A stretch of 64,000 bases of DNA from Patescibacteria group bacterium (GTDB lineage: Bacteria > Patescibacteriota > Minisyncoccia > Phycocordibacterales > DATDWN01), in NCBI GenBank assembly GCA_040384485.1, contig JAZKJH010000002.1:150235-214234 (forward strand), in the 5' to 3' direction. Made by a program: the position numbers and the translations under genes. The notes beneath the pieces are model-generated. The model did no database searches and was not told where the DNA came from. It was given only the letters and a program-made list of their open reading frames with translations. Numbering within the stretch: position 1 is the stretch's first letter; every line of letters begins with the position of its first letter. Positions 35,477-44,392 of this stretch are shown here, one piece after another.

Positions 35477-36337
35477 TTATCCCATAACCGGCTTCACAGC
35501 CTCGGACAGAACCACCTGAGCCAAGTCGTCTATCAACTCCTTGAACTGCTCATCGTTGGCAAACATAGCATTTCTTCCAATAATAAGCCGGAGCAACTCT
35601 ATCGCCTCTTCCTTTGTCCTTCCGCTTCTTCTCCAAAAAGCATCGTATTTATCCAAAATGATAATAAGCTTTTCGGCTCTATCAAACTCAGCATTCTCTC
35701 CAAAATACCTAGTAAATCTCCTGTCCTCACCTATAATATTCATTGGATTCACCCCGTCCACGATATGATGCGAGGCAGCCCCGGCAACTGCTTCAGCAGG
35801 AATACCGTCACCACTTATTATCTCTAGAGTCCACTGACTATGCATATTCCAAAAATTTCGCATACTCATTTCAGAGTTCAACTCCATTTCCTCAAATTTT
35901 TCTATTCTTACTTCTGCGTCAGCAGGAAAGTACATCTGGAAAAAGTCAGCGACTGTCATTTGTGGATCCTGCACATTCTCTACTGCAAACATATCCACCA
36001 CCAATCTTTGTTCATCTCGAGTTGCCTCCCGTGGACCAGTTTTCCCTACATCAGAAAAAAGTGATCCGATAATAACCACTTTCTGTTCTAGTTCCGTAAA
36101 AACTTTTTCAGGTTTGTTTTGAACATAATATTCAAAAATAGATTTTGCAATCTGAACAGCATTTTCTCCATCTTCGACAGTTTTTGTTACTTCATTCAAA
36201 AGTTCTAGTCTTTCGACTATTCGGGGCGCTACATGCTCAGCATCTAGTCCGACTTCTTTTAATACATCAGATATTTTAATTTTTGGATGTGTATCTAAAA
36301 CTTCCAGCACTGGCATTTCTGTTGTTAACATACTCAT
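35477..36337 (-). CDS. degenerate HD/HD-GYP-fold protein
   Basis: GSLFSDVGK (HD to SD), MHSQWT, SHH, ILDKYDA..R...EEAIELL. Confidence 0.55.
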   Translation of the reverse strand: MSMLTTEMPVLEVLDTHPKIKISDVLKEVGLDAEHVAPRIVERLELLNEVTKTVEDGENAVQIAKSIFEYYVQNKPEKVFTELEQKVVIIGSLFSDVGKTGPREATRDEQRLVVDMFAVENVQDPQMTVADFFQMYFPADAEVRIEKFEEMELNSEMSMRNFWNMHSQWTLEIISGDGIPAEAVAGAASHHIVDGVNPMNIIGEDRRFTRYFGENAEFDRAEKLIIILDKYDAFWRRSGRTKEEAIELLRLIIGRNAMFANDEQFKELIDDLAQVVLSEAVKPVMG

Positions 36338-36421
36338 AATTATATCTAATAAACGGATTCTTGGAAATTAGAAATAAAAAAAACAAGCAACGGGGGCTCC
36401 AGCCCCGTTGCTTGTTGTTAT

Positions 36422-36646
36422 TTACTGCGTGCTAATGCTCTCAAAGATGTGACAGGAGCTCCTGTCACAAGAATCATTGAAAGGACAACGTCCATTCAAA
36501 CAGCCGACCTCTTTGGCCACTGTGTTTGAAACCGAAGGACGGTCAGGAGCTTCAGTGATCAAGCTCCCAAACATTAGTGCAATTTCGACATGGTTGACCA
36601 ACTGTGTGGATGGTGCCAGTCGCTGTCTCAAAGTACCAGTCTTCAT
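36422..36646 (-). CDS. small protein with C-terminal four-Cys cluster
   Basis: SD ggagg, TTGACA at 36688-36693, terminator about 36382-36417; CLNGRCPFNDSCDRSSCH. Confidence 0.6.
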   Translation of the reverse strand: MKTGTLRQRLAPSTQLVNHVEIALMFGSLITEAPDRPSVSNTVAKEVGCLNGRCPFNDSCDRSSCHIFESISTQ

Positions 36647-36735
36647 CAAACGCCTCCAAATATAAGCTTATTCCTATAAAAAAATCTTGTCAAATAAGGT
36701 TCAGTATGATGTGGATAAAAAGTGGAAAAATTACG

Positions 36736-36764
36736 TTGACATTTCAATATAAATGGTATATAAT
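36736..36764 (+). promoter_or_regulatory. perfect sigma70 promoter
   Basis: TTGACA-17-TATAAT. Confidence 0.85.
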
Positions 36765-36771
36765 CCGTTAC

Positions 36772-36993
36772 GGTGGATCGTTAGGAATCTTGAAATGTGT
36801 GAAGGCTCGCAACTAGAGGCGCCGGCGCGTACGTCTTGTACGGGCAGTCCTATTTTGAGAGATGAGATTGTTCTAACTGGTTTATGTATACTCTAGCACG
36901 ACTCCGGGGAGTATAACTTCGTACAGTTCCTAGCAGTACGATGTAGAGCATAAGCCAGGGAGACAAGCCGGGAAGTCCTAACTTCCACCACCA
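36772..36993 (+). ncRNA. unassigned structured ncRNA (~220 nt)
   Basis: 5' ggtgga-gttagga pairs with 3' tcctaac-tccacc; several internal stems; promoter and terminator flank it; no plus-strand ORF of 60 aa or more within it. Confidence 0.7.
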
Positions 36994-36996
36994 ACC

Positions 36997-37035
36997 ACTA
37001 GCCTCAACTATTTTAAAACAGGGGCTAGTTTTTTT
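36997..37035 (+). terminator. intrinsic terminator
   Basis: actagcctc...ggggctagt followed by a T run. Confidence 0.75.
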
Positions 37036-37792
37036 ATATTTGAAAATCCAAGTGTAGAGCTGCGTGATCAGAAACCTCATCTGGCAACACTTCAAACGCA
37101 CCGACTGTAACTGCAGGTGTGACTAATATGTAGTCGGCAAATTTTTCATTTTTTTTATACAAACTAGTTCTTGTTGACTCTATATTATGTGTCTTAACCA
37201 AGTTAACCAATCCCGATTCAATCATTTTCATACTTTCAGTTTCAGGTCTCAAATTAAAATCTCCACAAACAACTACAGGCAAACTTATCGAGTTAAGAAA
37301 TTGCTTTATTATTTCAGACTGTCGTAGCCTGTCTGTTGTATCGGTTTTGCCCATGCCATTCCATAAACAGTGTACATTAACTAGCACGAACTCACTCCCC
37401 TCACTCTCGAGCCTAAGCCATTGCAACTTTCTGTCATGATACCCGCTATATTTATGGTGGGTATCTTTTTTCATATAGTCCTCGTGTTTGTGTATAACAA
37501 CCTCACCATTATCCAAAACTCGAATACCTTTTTTTATGAATACACCTATACCAAACATGTCCTCTATAACTGGACTAAAAAATAAACTGTGCTCAATAAG
37601 AATATCTTGAATCTCATCAGTGCAGTTGTAGTTCTTTCCACTGTAATATTTCTCAAGCTCCGTGCTGTGTGAGTTCGCTTTATTGTAAAGCTCTTGTAAA
37701 CAAAAAATATCGATATGTTTATTACTTTCAAAAAACTCTCTCAAAGGTTTTTCGATCTGCATTCCCCATATATTGAGAGATATAACTTTCAT
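37034..37792 (-). CDS. endonuclease/exonuclease/phosphatase family protein
   Basis: SLNIW, DIFCLQE, CGDFN, DYIL, SDH. Confidence 0.9.
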   Translation of the reverse strand: MKVISLNIWGMQIEKPLREFFESNKHIDIFCLQELYNKANSHSTELEKYYSGKNYNCTDEIQDILIEHSLFFSPVIEDMFGIGVFIKKGIRVLDNGEVVIHKHEDYMKKDTHHKYSGYHDRKLQWLRLESEGSEFVLVNVHCLWNGMGKTDTTDRLRQSEIIKQFLNSISLPVVVCGDFNLRPETESMKMIESGLVNLVKTHNIESTRTSLYKKNEKFADYILVTPAVTVGAFEVLPDEVSDHAALHLDFQI

Positions 37793-37894
37793 AGCAAGAG
37801 TTTAGTATAAAAAATTATCCCAGTCCATCTGACCTGCATTATCTAAAACTAGATGGTAAAATTTGTAGTATAAGAGTACTATCATAGACACAAC

Positions 37895-38923
37895 ATGAAA
37901 AACTACTTTTCTTTACTAGACGGAGTTAGGTTTTTTGCTGCTTTTTGGGTAATGAACTTTCATTATCTATTTGCCCAAACTGGTGACCTTGAGTGGTATA
38001 GATATGGAAACCTAGGAGTACAGCTATTTTTCATCATAAGCGGTTTTGTGATTGTTTTATCACTCAACACAAAAAACCTAAGAGATTTCGCGACAAACAG
38101 GTTTCTGAGACTCTTCCCTATTTTCTGGATACTATGTACTGCTACATATATTCTTACTCTTATTGTCCCACACACTAGTACAGTGAGTTTTACCGAATAC
38201 TTAAGAAGTATGACTATGCTAGGAGACCTATTCAATGGAATTGTTGGCTACACTAGACTTATTGACCCTTCTTACTGGACACTCACTGTTGAGCTACTTT
38301 TCTACATGAGTATCGCTGTATTCGCCTACTTTTTCACTAGTAAAAACATCAGGTACTTTCTTTCAACCTGGGTGTTGTTCAGCATGATTGCATTTGCAGT
38401 CAAAATCGATCACAACTTTTTTATTAAAATTTTACTAGTTCGCCATGCGGCATACTTTGCATTCGGTGGAGCACTAGCGCTCATAGCAACAAAATCAGCT
38501 GAAACAAATTTCCAAAAATACTTCGACGGGATACTGCTTTTTGGAAGTGGTATTTTTGCTACCTATATCCATCCTCGATCCCTTGAACCGTACTACACAG
38601 TTAACCCTCTTGATACAAAAATAATAACTATCCTACACATATGTTTCTTTATACTAGTTCCGCTTCTAGTATACTTCTCTCCTCGTGTTAAAAATCTAAA
38701 AGTATTGAGTTTGCTTACAATACTTGGCGGGATTACCTATCCTTTGTATTTACTCCATCAGAAAATCGGCAATACCTTAATAAATTATATAAGCTCAAAC
38801 TTCGACCTATCTTGGACACAAATCTCAATCGGTTTTGAGGTTGTTGTAATATGCGTTGCATACTTTGTTTACCTACAGGATAAAAAAATGAGAGTCTGGT
38901 TGAAATACAAGTTTTTTAACTAA
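37895..38923 (+). CDS. acyltransferase family 3 (OafA-like)
   Basis: LDGVRFFAA, GVQLFFIISGFVI, RFLRLFP, WTLTVELLFY, TYPLYLLH. Confidence 0.92.
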   Translation: MKNYFSLLDGVRFFAAFWVMNFHYLFAQTGDLEWYRYGNLGVQLFFIISGFVIVLSLNTKNLRDFATNRFLRLFPIFWILCTATYILTLIVPHTSTVSFTEYLRSMTMLGDLFNGIVGYTRLIDPSYWTLTVELLFYMSIAVFAYFFTSKNIRYFLSTWVLFSMIAFAVKIDHNFFIKILLVRHAAYFAFGGALALIATKSAETNFQKYFDGILLFGSGIFATYIHPRSLEPYYTVNPLDTKIITILHICFFILVPLLVYFSPRVKNLKVLSLLTILGGITYPLYLLHQKIGNTLINYISSNFDLSWTQISIGFEVVVICVAYFVYLQDKKMRVWLKYKFFN

Positions 38924-39016
38924 AACAATTAAATTTTATTACAAAAACCACAGGAGTTACCTCCTGTGGTTGATTCTTACATGTTCTAAATGAGAACTGT
39001 TTTTTTACTAGTACAG

Positions 39017-39682
39017 TTACCTGTCACTTCTGGTCGGGTTTTCGAAGAAGTCATCCTTGGTGCTCTTGAACACGTTCAAGCTGATTTTTTCGAGCAGTGT
39101 GCTGATTCTCCGATAAATCCAACGAACAAGCTTCTTCAGAGGTTCGTCAAGGAAATACCCGACCACACTCCACGGCCAGAACAAAATCCAAAGATAAATC
39201 TCGGATTTGTGCTCATTTGGACTCGGATGCACGACCCCATTGTTACCGATCTTGAGCTTGACCTCCCGACCATAGTCGGTTTCCCTACGGATGTGATCAA
39301 GCCACTCTTTCTTAAAAGCGTCCGGAACCTTGTTACCTTCGACACCTCTTAACTTAAGAAACTCTCTACGGATGTCGTCGTATCTCTCAAAGATGCGAGT
39401 GACAAATCGCCACCATTTACCTACCGCCCATACCGCACCAATGACAAAGTATGAGAGGAAGTAAAATGACGCCTGAAGTGGGTTTTGAATGATCCAAGAA
39501 AACTGCAGAACACCGGCGTAGTAAAGAACCAAGGTTATCACCACAAACGAGATTGTAGTGTACCCGGGCCAGTCGTTTTCGACAAAGACCCCCATTAGGA
39601 TCCATGCGGCTGCAAACAATATCCAAAACGCTACCGTTCCGAATGCGAAAAAAGCAAGTAACCCTGCGAACAACTCACCCAT
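39017..39682 (-). CDS. hypothetical membrane protein
   Basis: SD gaggtggag, TTGACA upstream, terminator accacaggag/ctcctgtggt; 3-4 TMs, WILFWPWS. Confidence 0.75.
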   Translation of the reverse strand: MGELFAGLLAFFAFGTVAFWILFAAAWILMGVFVENDWPGYTTISFVVITLVLYYAGVLQFSWIIQNPLQASFYFLSYFVIGAVWAVGKWWRFVTRIFERYDDIRREFLKLRGVEGNKVPDAFKKEWLDHIRRETDYGREVKLKIGNNGVVHPSPNEHKSEIYLWILFWPWSVVGYFLDEPLKKLVRWIYRRISTLLEKISLNVFKSTKDDFFENPTRSDR

Positions 39683-39800
39683 ACTCCACCTCTTCTTTTA
39701 CGAGTTTGTAAATAACTTCCATTCATGAGAATACCTTAATTTATTAGAATGTCAAGAATCAAAAGTTAATTTCTTATGAACTCCTCTAAGCTGGAATAAC

Positions 39801-40550
39801 TTACACTTTATAAATAGAGTTTAGTAAACCAATTTTATTTAAAATTTCTGCGTAATTTTCGACTGTCATTTTTTCATATCCCAAACTATCTAATAAATTA
39901 ATAAATTCAGAGATTGCATAATCATAATAACGCAAGGTCATTGAAAGTCTGAGCTCGTTCTGGTTTTCTTCTGTTAGTTTCAGCATTGCCTCCCCGACTA
40001 AATTTTTCCAATACTGATCAATTAGATTAGCATATTTTCTACACATTGCAGTATTTTCCGAACCCGGATAGTTAAGTGATAACAAAATACCACCAGGCAA
40101 GGAAATCAAATCCTCGCTTCTTTCATTTCCTAATATATTAATTATATCCATCAACGAGATTTTATTTGAAGAAACTTGCTCTACTTGAGTATACTTATCA
40201 ACAATGCTTCTTGCCATTGTTCTTACCTCATCTGAAACTCCCGGAGGCAGGTCTTCCTCCTTAAAGATAACTTCTGAAATATTGCTATCCGGGTGACTAT
40301 GCCAACTATTCTCAATATTAGGTGGAAACTCTGTCGATATTTCACTATCGCCAACTTGATAATAGAAACCAATTTTTGAAGATTTTCTTGCAACAAAACC
40401 ATGCGCCTCGTTACTATTTGCTTTCCTTATTTCCTCCATGCGACTATACATTTCCTCCGGTGATTCGAATACTTCAAGAGTGTACCCTTCTATTTTATCA
40501 AAACCCTCACTCTCATTGGATTCGTAAACTTCAAAATTTTTCATGTACAA
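39801..40550 (-). CDS. hypothetical protein with JAB/MPN-like motif
   Basis: NEAHGFV...WHSHPD...SLMD. Confidence 0.55.
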   Translation of the reverse strand: MYMKNFEVYESNESEGFDKIEGYTLEVFESPEEMYSRMEEIRKANSNEAHGFVARKSSKIGFYYQVGDSEISTEFPPNIENSWHSHPDSNISEVIFKEEDLPPGVSDEVRTMARSIVDKYTQVEQVSSNKISLMDIINILGNERSEDLISLPGGILLSLNYPGSENTAMCRKYANLIDQYWKNLVGEAMLKLTEENQNELRLSMTLRYYDYAISEFINLLDSLGYEKMTVENYAEILNKIGLLNSIYKV

Positions 40551-40695
40551 ATTTTAACGCATTGGCTGGATAATTACTAATTCAACTTACGTTATCTCTG
40601 GACTTCCGTATTAACTGTTTTGGTTGGTATCAAAGCATTGTTTCGTCTTCCATAAAATCAAAAAGTCTGGAATTAACCAGACTTTTTACATTTTG

Positions 40696-40768
40696 TGGAC
40701 CCGACAGGACTCGAACCTGCCACCCCATCATTGCAAATGATGTGCTCTACCAGATGAGCTACGGGCCC
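40696..40768 (-). tRNA. tRNA-Ala(UGC)
   Basis: GGGCCCG acceptor with G3:U70, anticodon arm CATCA-TT-TGC-AA-TGATG, TTCGAGT T-loop; CCA not encoded. Confidence 0.95.
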
Positions 40769-40820
40769 GTATTAAACTTTGAAACACCTACATATCTATC
40801 CTACAATTCACAATCATTTG

Positions 40821-40945
40821 TGCAAATGATGGTCGCAAATATTTTTCTGGTGAAAAATTTGGCGACCCCACCACGGCTCGTCAGCCTCCGGCCTTGCGGT
40901 CTGGATCCTAACCAGACCTCACTCCACCAGATGAGCTACGGGCCC
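40821..40945 (-). pseudogene. partial tRNA-Ala(UGC) copy (5' end and anticodon piece) interrupted by a ~90-nt palindromic insert
   Basis: 40922-40945 matches 40745-40768 with 1 mismatch; 40821-40831 is identical to 40732-40742. Confidence 0.6.
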
Positions 40946-41027
40946 AACATACTCAGTAACAATTTAATATTTTACACTATTTTGTATTGAAAGCAAGGTC
41001 ACTATTTTGTATTATAAAGTCTATTAA

Positions 41028-41098
41028 GGGCTTGTAGTATAGTAGTAACACGCGTCCATGGCATGGACGAGTCCGGAGTGCGATTCTCCGCAGGTCCA
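41028..41098 (+). tRNA. tRNA-Ala(GGC)
   Basis: GGGCTTG/CAGGTCC acceptor with G3:U70, CGTCC-AT-GGC-AT-GGACG anticodon arm; atypical D and T loops. Confidence 0.88.
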
Positions 41099-41306
41099 CA
41101 AAAAGCAAAAGACTTTCCTAAACGGAAAGTCTTTTGCTTTGATGGAAGACGGAGCAGGCATCTACTCAGCAGAGTGGGTCGCGAGTCAGGGTCGTGGAAA
41201 CTTTGTTTTGACGATAACAAAATTATCCCTGACCACAAATAAATTGACAAAATCTAAATATTATGTATAGTTCTAAATAGATTTATTGGTTCCGAAGGAG
41301 TAACGG

Positions 41307-41948
41307 ATGGCAGATGTGGTAACTAAGTTAGTGACTGATGAGGGGTCGCTCTATACCCTTTTCGACACTGTATGCGACCAATTTACGAGTCCCGCCCTCC
41401 CAATCCGGGATTTGGCGATCAAACTTCGTGAGAATGCTTCCATGAGCGAATGGATGCAGTGGGCACAAAACACTGAACACGTCTTCGACTTGAGACGTGT
41501 TACGATTCGGAAGAGGTTAAGTTACCTGACTGAGCTTAAGTCTGGTAGATCGCTCACTGACCCACAAGCTATCGAATTATACGAGTTATACCGATTTCTT
41601 CACGGCACGGTGGCGCCTCATCAGTACGAGTACCCAGAAATTGGGCGACAAGTGATCGAGAGATGGTTGACCGAGATGGACATGAGATCCAGATATCCCG
41701 AAGGATGGGATTGCTTGGATATCCTAAACGACAGAGTCGTCTATTGCACACTCCACAACCCTTGGGCTCGGAAACAATATCCAAATACCACAGAATTTTC
41801 GTTCACGCCGACCCCGGAGGAAAACAAACTCACTGGTCTATATGTGAGCCGGTTGGCAACGCTTGGACAGATTGCAGGAGTCAAGAGACTGAAACCTGCA
41901 GAAATCATTCAGAAGTTTCTTGGGAAGCAGCGAGTTACAAACTTGTGA
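41307..41948 (+). CDS. hypothetical protein
   Basis: SD aaggag, TTGACA at 41244, terminator cactcacta/tagtgagtg+T run. Confidence 0.75.
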   Translation: MADVVTKLVTDEGSLYTLFDTVCDQFTSPALPIRDLAIKLRENASMSEWMQWAQNTEHVFDLRRVTIRKRLSYLTELKSGRSLTDPQAIELYELYRFLHGTVAPHQYEYPEIGRQVIERWLTEMDMRSRYPEGWDCLDILNDRVVYCTLHNPWARKQYPNTTEFSFTPTPEENKLTGLYVSRLATLGQIAGVKRLKPAEIIQKFLGKQRVTNL

Positions 41949-42008
41949 GTTCCCGAAACTACCTACCCACTCACTACCAGAAATGGCTAGTGAGTGTTTT
42001 TTTTATTC

Positions 42009-43103
42009 CTACAAAAACCCCCTAACTGGTCTTATGAAAAATTCTTGGAATTTTCGCAGAAACGGACGACGCTTCCATTCTGTATAAGTTATTTCGCGAG
42101 AATGAGTGAGATCAGTATAAAAATGCTCCATTAACTCGGCCACTGCATTGGTATCCACTGTCACTACATTTGCTTCGTAGTTATAAACAAAGCTTAGACT
42201 GTCTAAATTGAAGCTTCCATAAGTTCCCCACTGATTGTCTACTATTGCAGTCTTTGCATGAAGAATACTCGGTCTATATTTAAAAATTTTAACTCCATTT
42301 CTTAGTAATTCACTGTATGAAGAATGTGAAGCAGTTGCTACAAGTAGAACGTCTATAGTTTCTGGAACAATTATTTTTACATCCACACCTCGGACGGCAG
42401 CTAGTCGTAGTATTCTAATAAGTCTCCTGTCGGGAATAAGATAGGGAGTGGTGAGATAAATACTTTTCTTTGCTCCTCGCAAAGCTTCCATCAAAGTGTA
42501 GTACAAAAATCTTTTTTTAAAGTATGGTGAGTTGGTAATAAAATCCCTTTTAATTTTATTTAGCCTGAATTCTTTGATACGAATAACAATATCCTTTTCT
42601 TCTGCCAAGTTCCACATCTCCTGAAAAGCTTGGCTCATTTCCTCAACAACAGGTCCTTCTAGTCTGGCAGCCGTATCTCGCCATGTTTTCATGTGATCCC
42701 CCACACCCACACCTCCAGTAAAACCTATCTTCTTATCTACCACCAATACTTTCTTATGATTGCGAAAAAACCAAGAAAATATTGTGTGAATCCTCCACGG
42801 GCTGATCGGATTAAAAAACCTAACTTGTATTCCACTATCAGCTAACTCCTTTAGTATTACTGAACTATTCAAAGAGTAACTGCCTACTGCATCAGCTAGA
42901 ATTCTAACCCTAACTCCACTTCTAGCTTTCTCTTTAAAAATATCAAGAAACTCTTCCCCTATTTTATCTTTCAAGAAAATATACTGCTCTATATCTATAG
43001 ACTCCTTGGCCTCTCTGCACGCACTAAGCATACCAGTCCAACTATTTACCGTATCGGTATAAAATTCAAAATTATTCGGAAACATATAGCTATTAAACCG
43101 CAC
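42009..43103 (-). CDS. cardiolipin synthase-like phospholipase D
   Basis: Two HKD motifs RNHKKVLVVD and LHAKTAIVD; TPYLIPD; GSFNLD. Confidence 0.9.
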   Translation of the reverse strand: MRFNSYMFPNNFEFYTDTVNSWTGMLSACREAKESIDIEQYIFLKDKIGEEFLDIFKEKARSGVRVRILADAVGSYSLNSSVILKELADSGIQVRFFNPISPWRIHTIFSWFFRNHKKVLVVDKKIGFTGGVGVGDHMKTWRDTAARLEGPVVEEMSQAFQEMWNLAEEKDIVIRIKEFRLNKIKRDFITNSPYFKKRFLYYTLMEALRGAKKSIYLTTPYLIPDRRLIRILRLAAVRGVDVKIIVPETIDVLLVATASHSSYSELLRNGVKIFKYRPSILHAKTAIVDNQWGTYGSFNLDSLSFVYNYEANVVTVDTNAVAELMEHFYTDLTHSREITYTEWKRRPFLRKFQEFFIRPVRGFL

Positions 43104-44082
43104 GGCGGTGTAATGTCAAGTTAAGTACGTGATGTAAGAACTCTTTAATGTTTGAACCGACAGCAGTCAAAGATTTTGACAATAAAGAGTCCCTTGATAA
43201 ACCAGGCAAGGAGTTAACTTCAAGAAAATATATTCCTCTTTTTGGATGCACAATAAAATCCGAACGAGAGTAGTGCCGTAGCCCCAGCGCCTTGTGTGTT
43301 AGCTCGGCCAGACGTTCTATCTCCATTTTTTCTTCCTTGGTAAAGTTACCTGGGCATATTTCCCTACTCTTTCCGCTATATTTTGCATCATAATCAAAAA
43401 CTGAGTTAGCAGAAACTATTTCTATAGGTGGCAATGTGTAAAAATCCTTGTTTCGAAAATTATCTATTACCGCACAAGTAGCTTCTTTACCTTTTATATA
43501 TTCCTCAACCAAAACAGAACCATGTTCCGCTAAAGTAGTCTCGAGTGCAGAGAGAAGTTCTTGAAATGAGTGTGCCACCACAATCCCCAAAGACGATCCC
43601 CCACAGGTAGGTTTTACTATCATCGGATGCGGTATTTCCCCCCAAATTTGTTTTGCTTTCTGCAACAGATGGTCAGACTGCTTAACCAAGATTCCTATAG
43701 GAGTTTTTATGTTGTGTTTTTTTAAAATTTCTTTGGTGTGCCATTTATTCATAGCTGTCATAGAGGGAAACCTGGTTGACCCCGTATACGGCACGCCATG
43801 AGTTTCAAGTAATTCTTGAACTTGCCCGTCTTCTCCATATTTTCCATGCATAGCATTAAACACAACATCCACACTACTCAAAACCCTCCCAGGATTTCTT
43901 TCAATTCCATTCAAGTGCCATTTTCCATCCTTAGAAACAAAAATATCAACTGGAGCATGAGTATCCTGCAATACATTCAATATACTTGCACCAGTTTGGA
44001 GTGACACGTCATACTCACTTGAAGGTCCACCTCGCAAAACACCGATTCGAAGTGATGTTGGAAGAGTAAAGTTGCTAGACAT
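43093..44082 (-). CDS. ddl: D-alanine--D-alanine ligase
   Basis: GGPSSEYDVS, HGKYGEDG, GSSLG, FDYDAKY, LEVNSLPG. Confidence 0.95.
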   Translation of the reverse strand: MSSNFTLPTSLRIGVLRGGPSSEYDVSLQTGASILNVLQDTHAPVDIFVSKDGKWHLNGIERNPGRVLSSVDVVFNAMHGKYGEDGQVQELLETHGVPYTGSTRFPSMTAMNKWHTKEILKKHNIKTPIGILVKQSDHLLQKAKQIWGEIPHPMIVKPTCGGSSLGIVVAHSFQELLSALETTLAEHGSVLVEEYIKGKEATCAVIDNFRNKDFYTLPPIEIVSANSVFDYDAKYSGKSREICPGNFTKEEKMEIERLAELTHKALGLRHYSRSDFIVHPKRGIYFLEVNSLPGLSRDSLLSKSLTAVGSNIKEFLHHVLNLTLHRRAV

Positions 44083-44133
44083 ATTTTTTATTATAACATG
44101 TTATGTTTTCGAACCAACATTATTTTTGAACCA

Positions 44134-44275
44134 AAACACTCACGGGTGTTAATCGTGAGTGTTTTCTCAAATATTATGGACCCATGAGGGTCCCAAGTTT
44201 GACTCTGGCTAGGAGCCAGGAAATTTATTTTCTCGGCCGGAGAAAAGTAGATTTCCGGAAAGAACAAATGTGAAT
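44134..44275 (-). ncRNA. candidate small RNA (~140 nt)
   Basis: TATAAT near 44288-44293, three hairpins, terminator aaacactcacg/cgtgagtgttt; no good start codon downstream of the promoter. Confidence 0.35.
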
Positions 44276-44392
44276 ATATTATTAAATTATATTCACGAGT
44301 AATTAGTATACAAAAATTAAATATTGAGAGCAATGTGGAAAACTTTTTACATATAAAAAGCAGGCCGACGAATCGGCCTGCATGTGTTGGGT

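Noticed and set aside
36772-36993. tmRNA, RNase P RNA or lysine riboswitch identity for the structured RNA
   Set aside because: No T-arm or G3:U70-type GGGG start and too short for tmRNA; no GAGGAAAGUCC or CR-V motif; AGAGGCGC is present but there is no downstream same-strand gene and no other riboswitch motifs.
41002-41270. ORFs at 41002-41250 (-) and 41058-41270 (+)
   Set aside because: They overlap tRNA-Ala(GGC) and its downstream hairpins.
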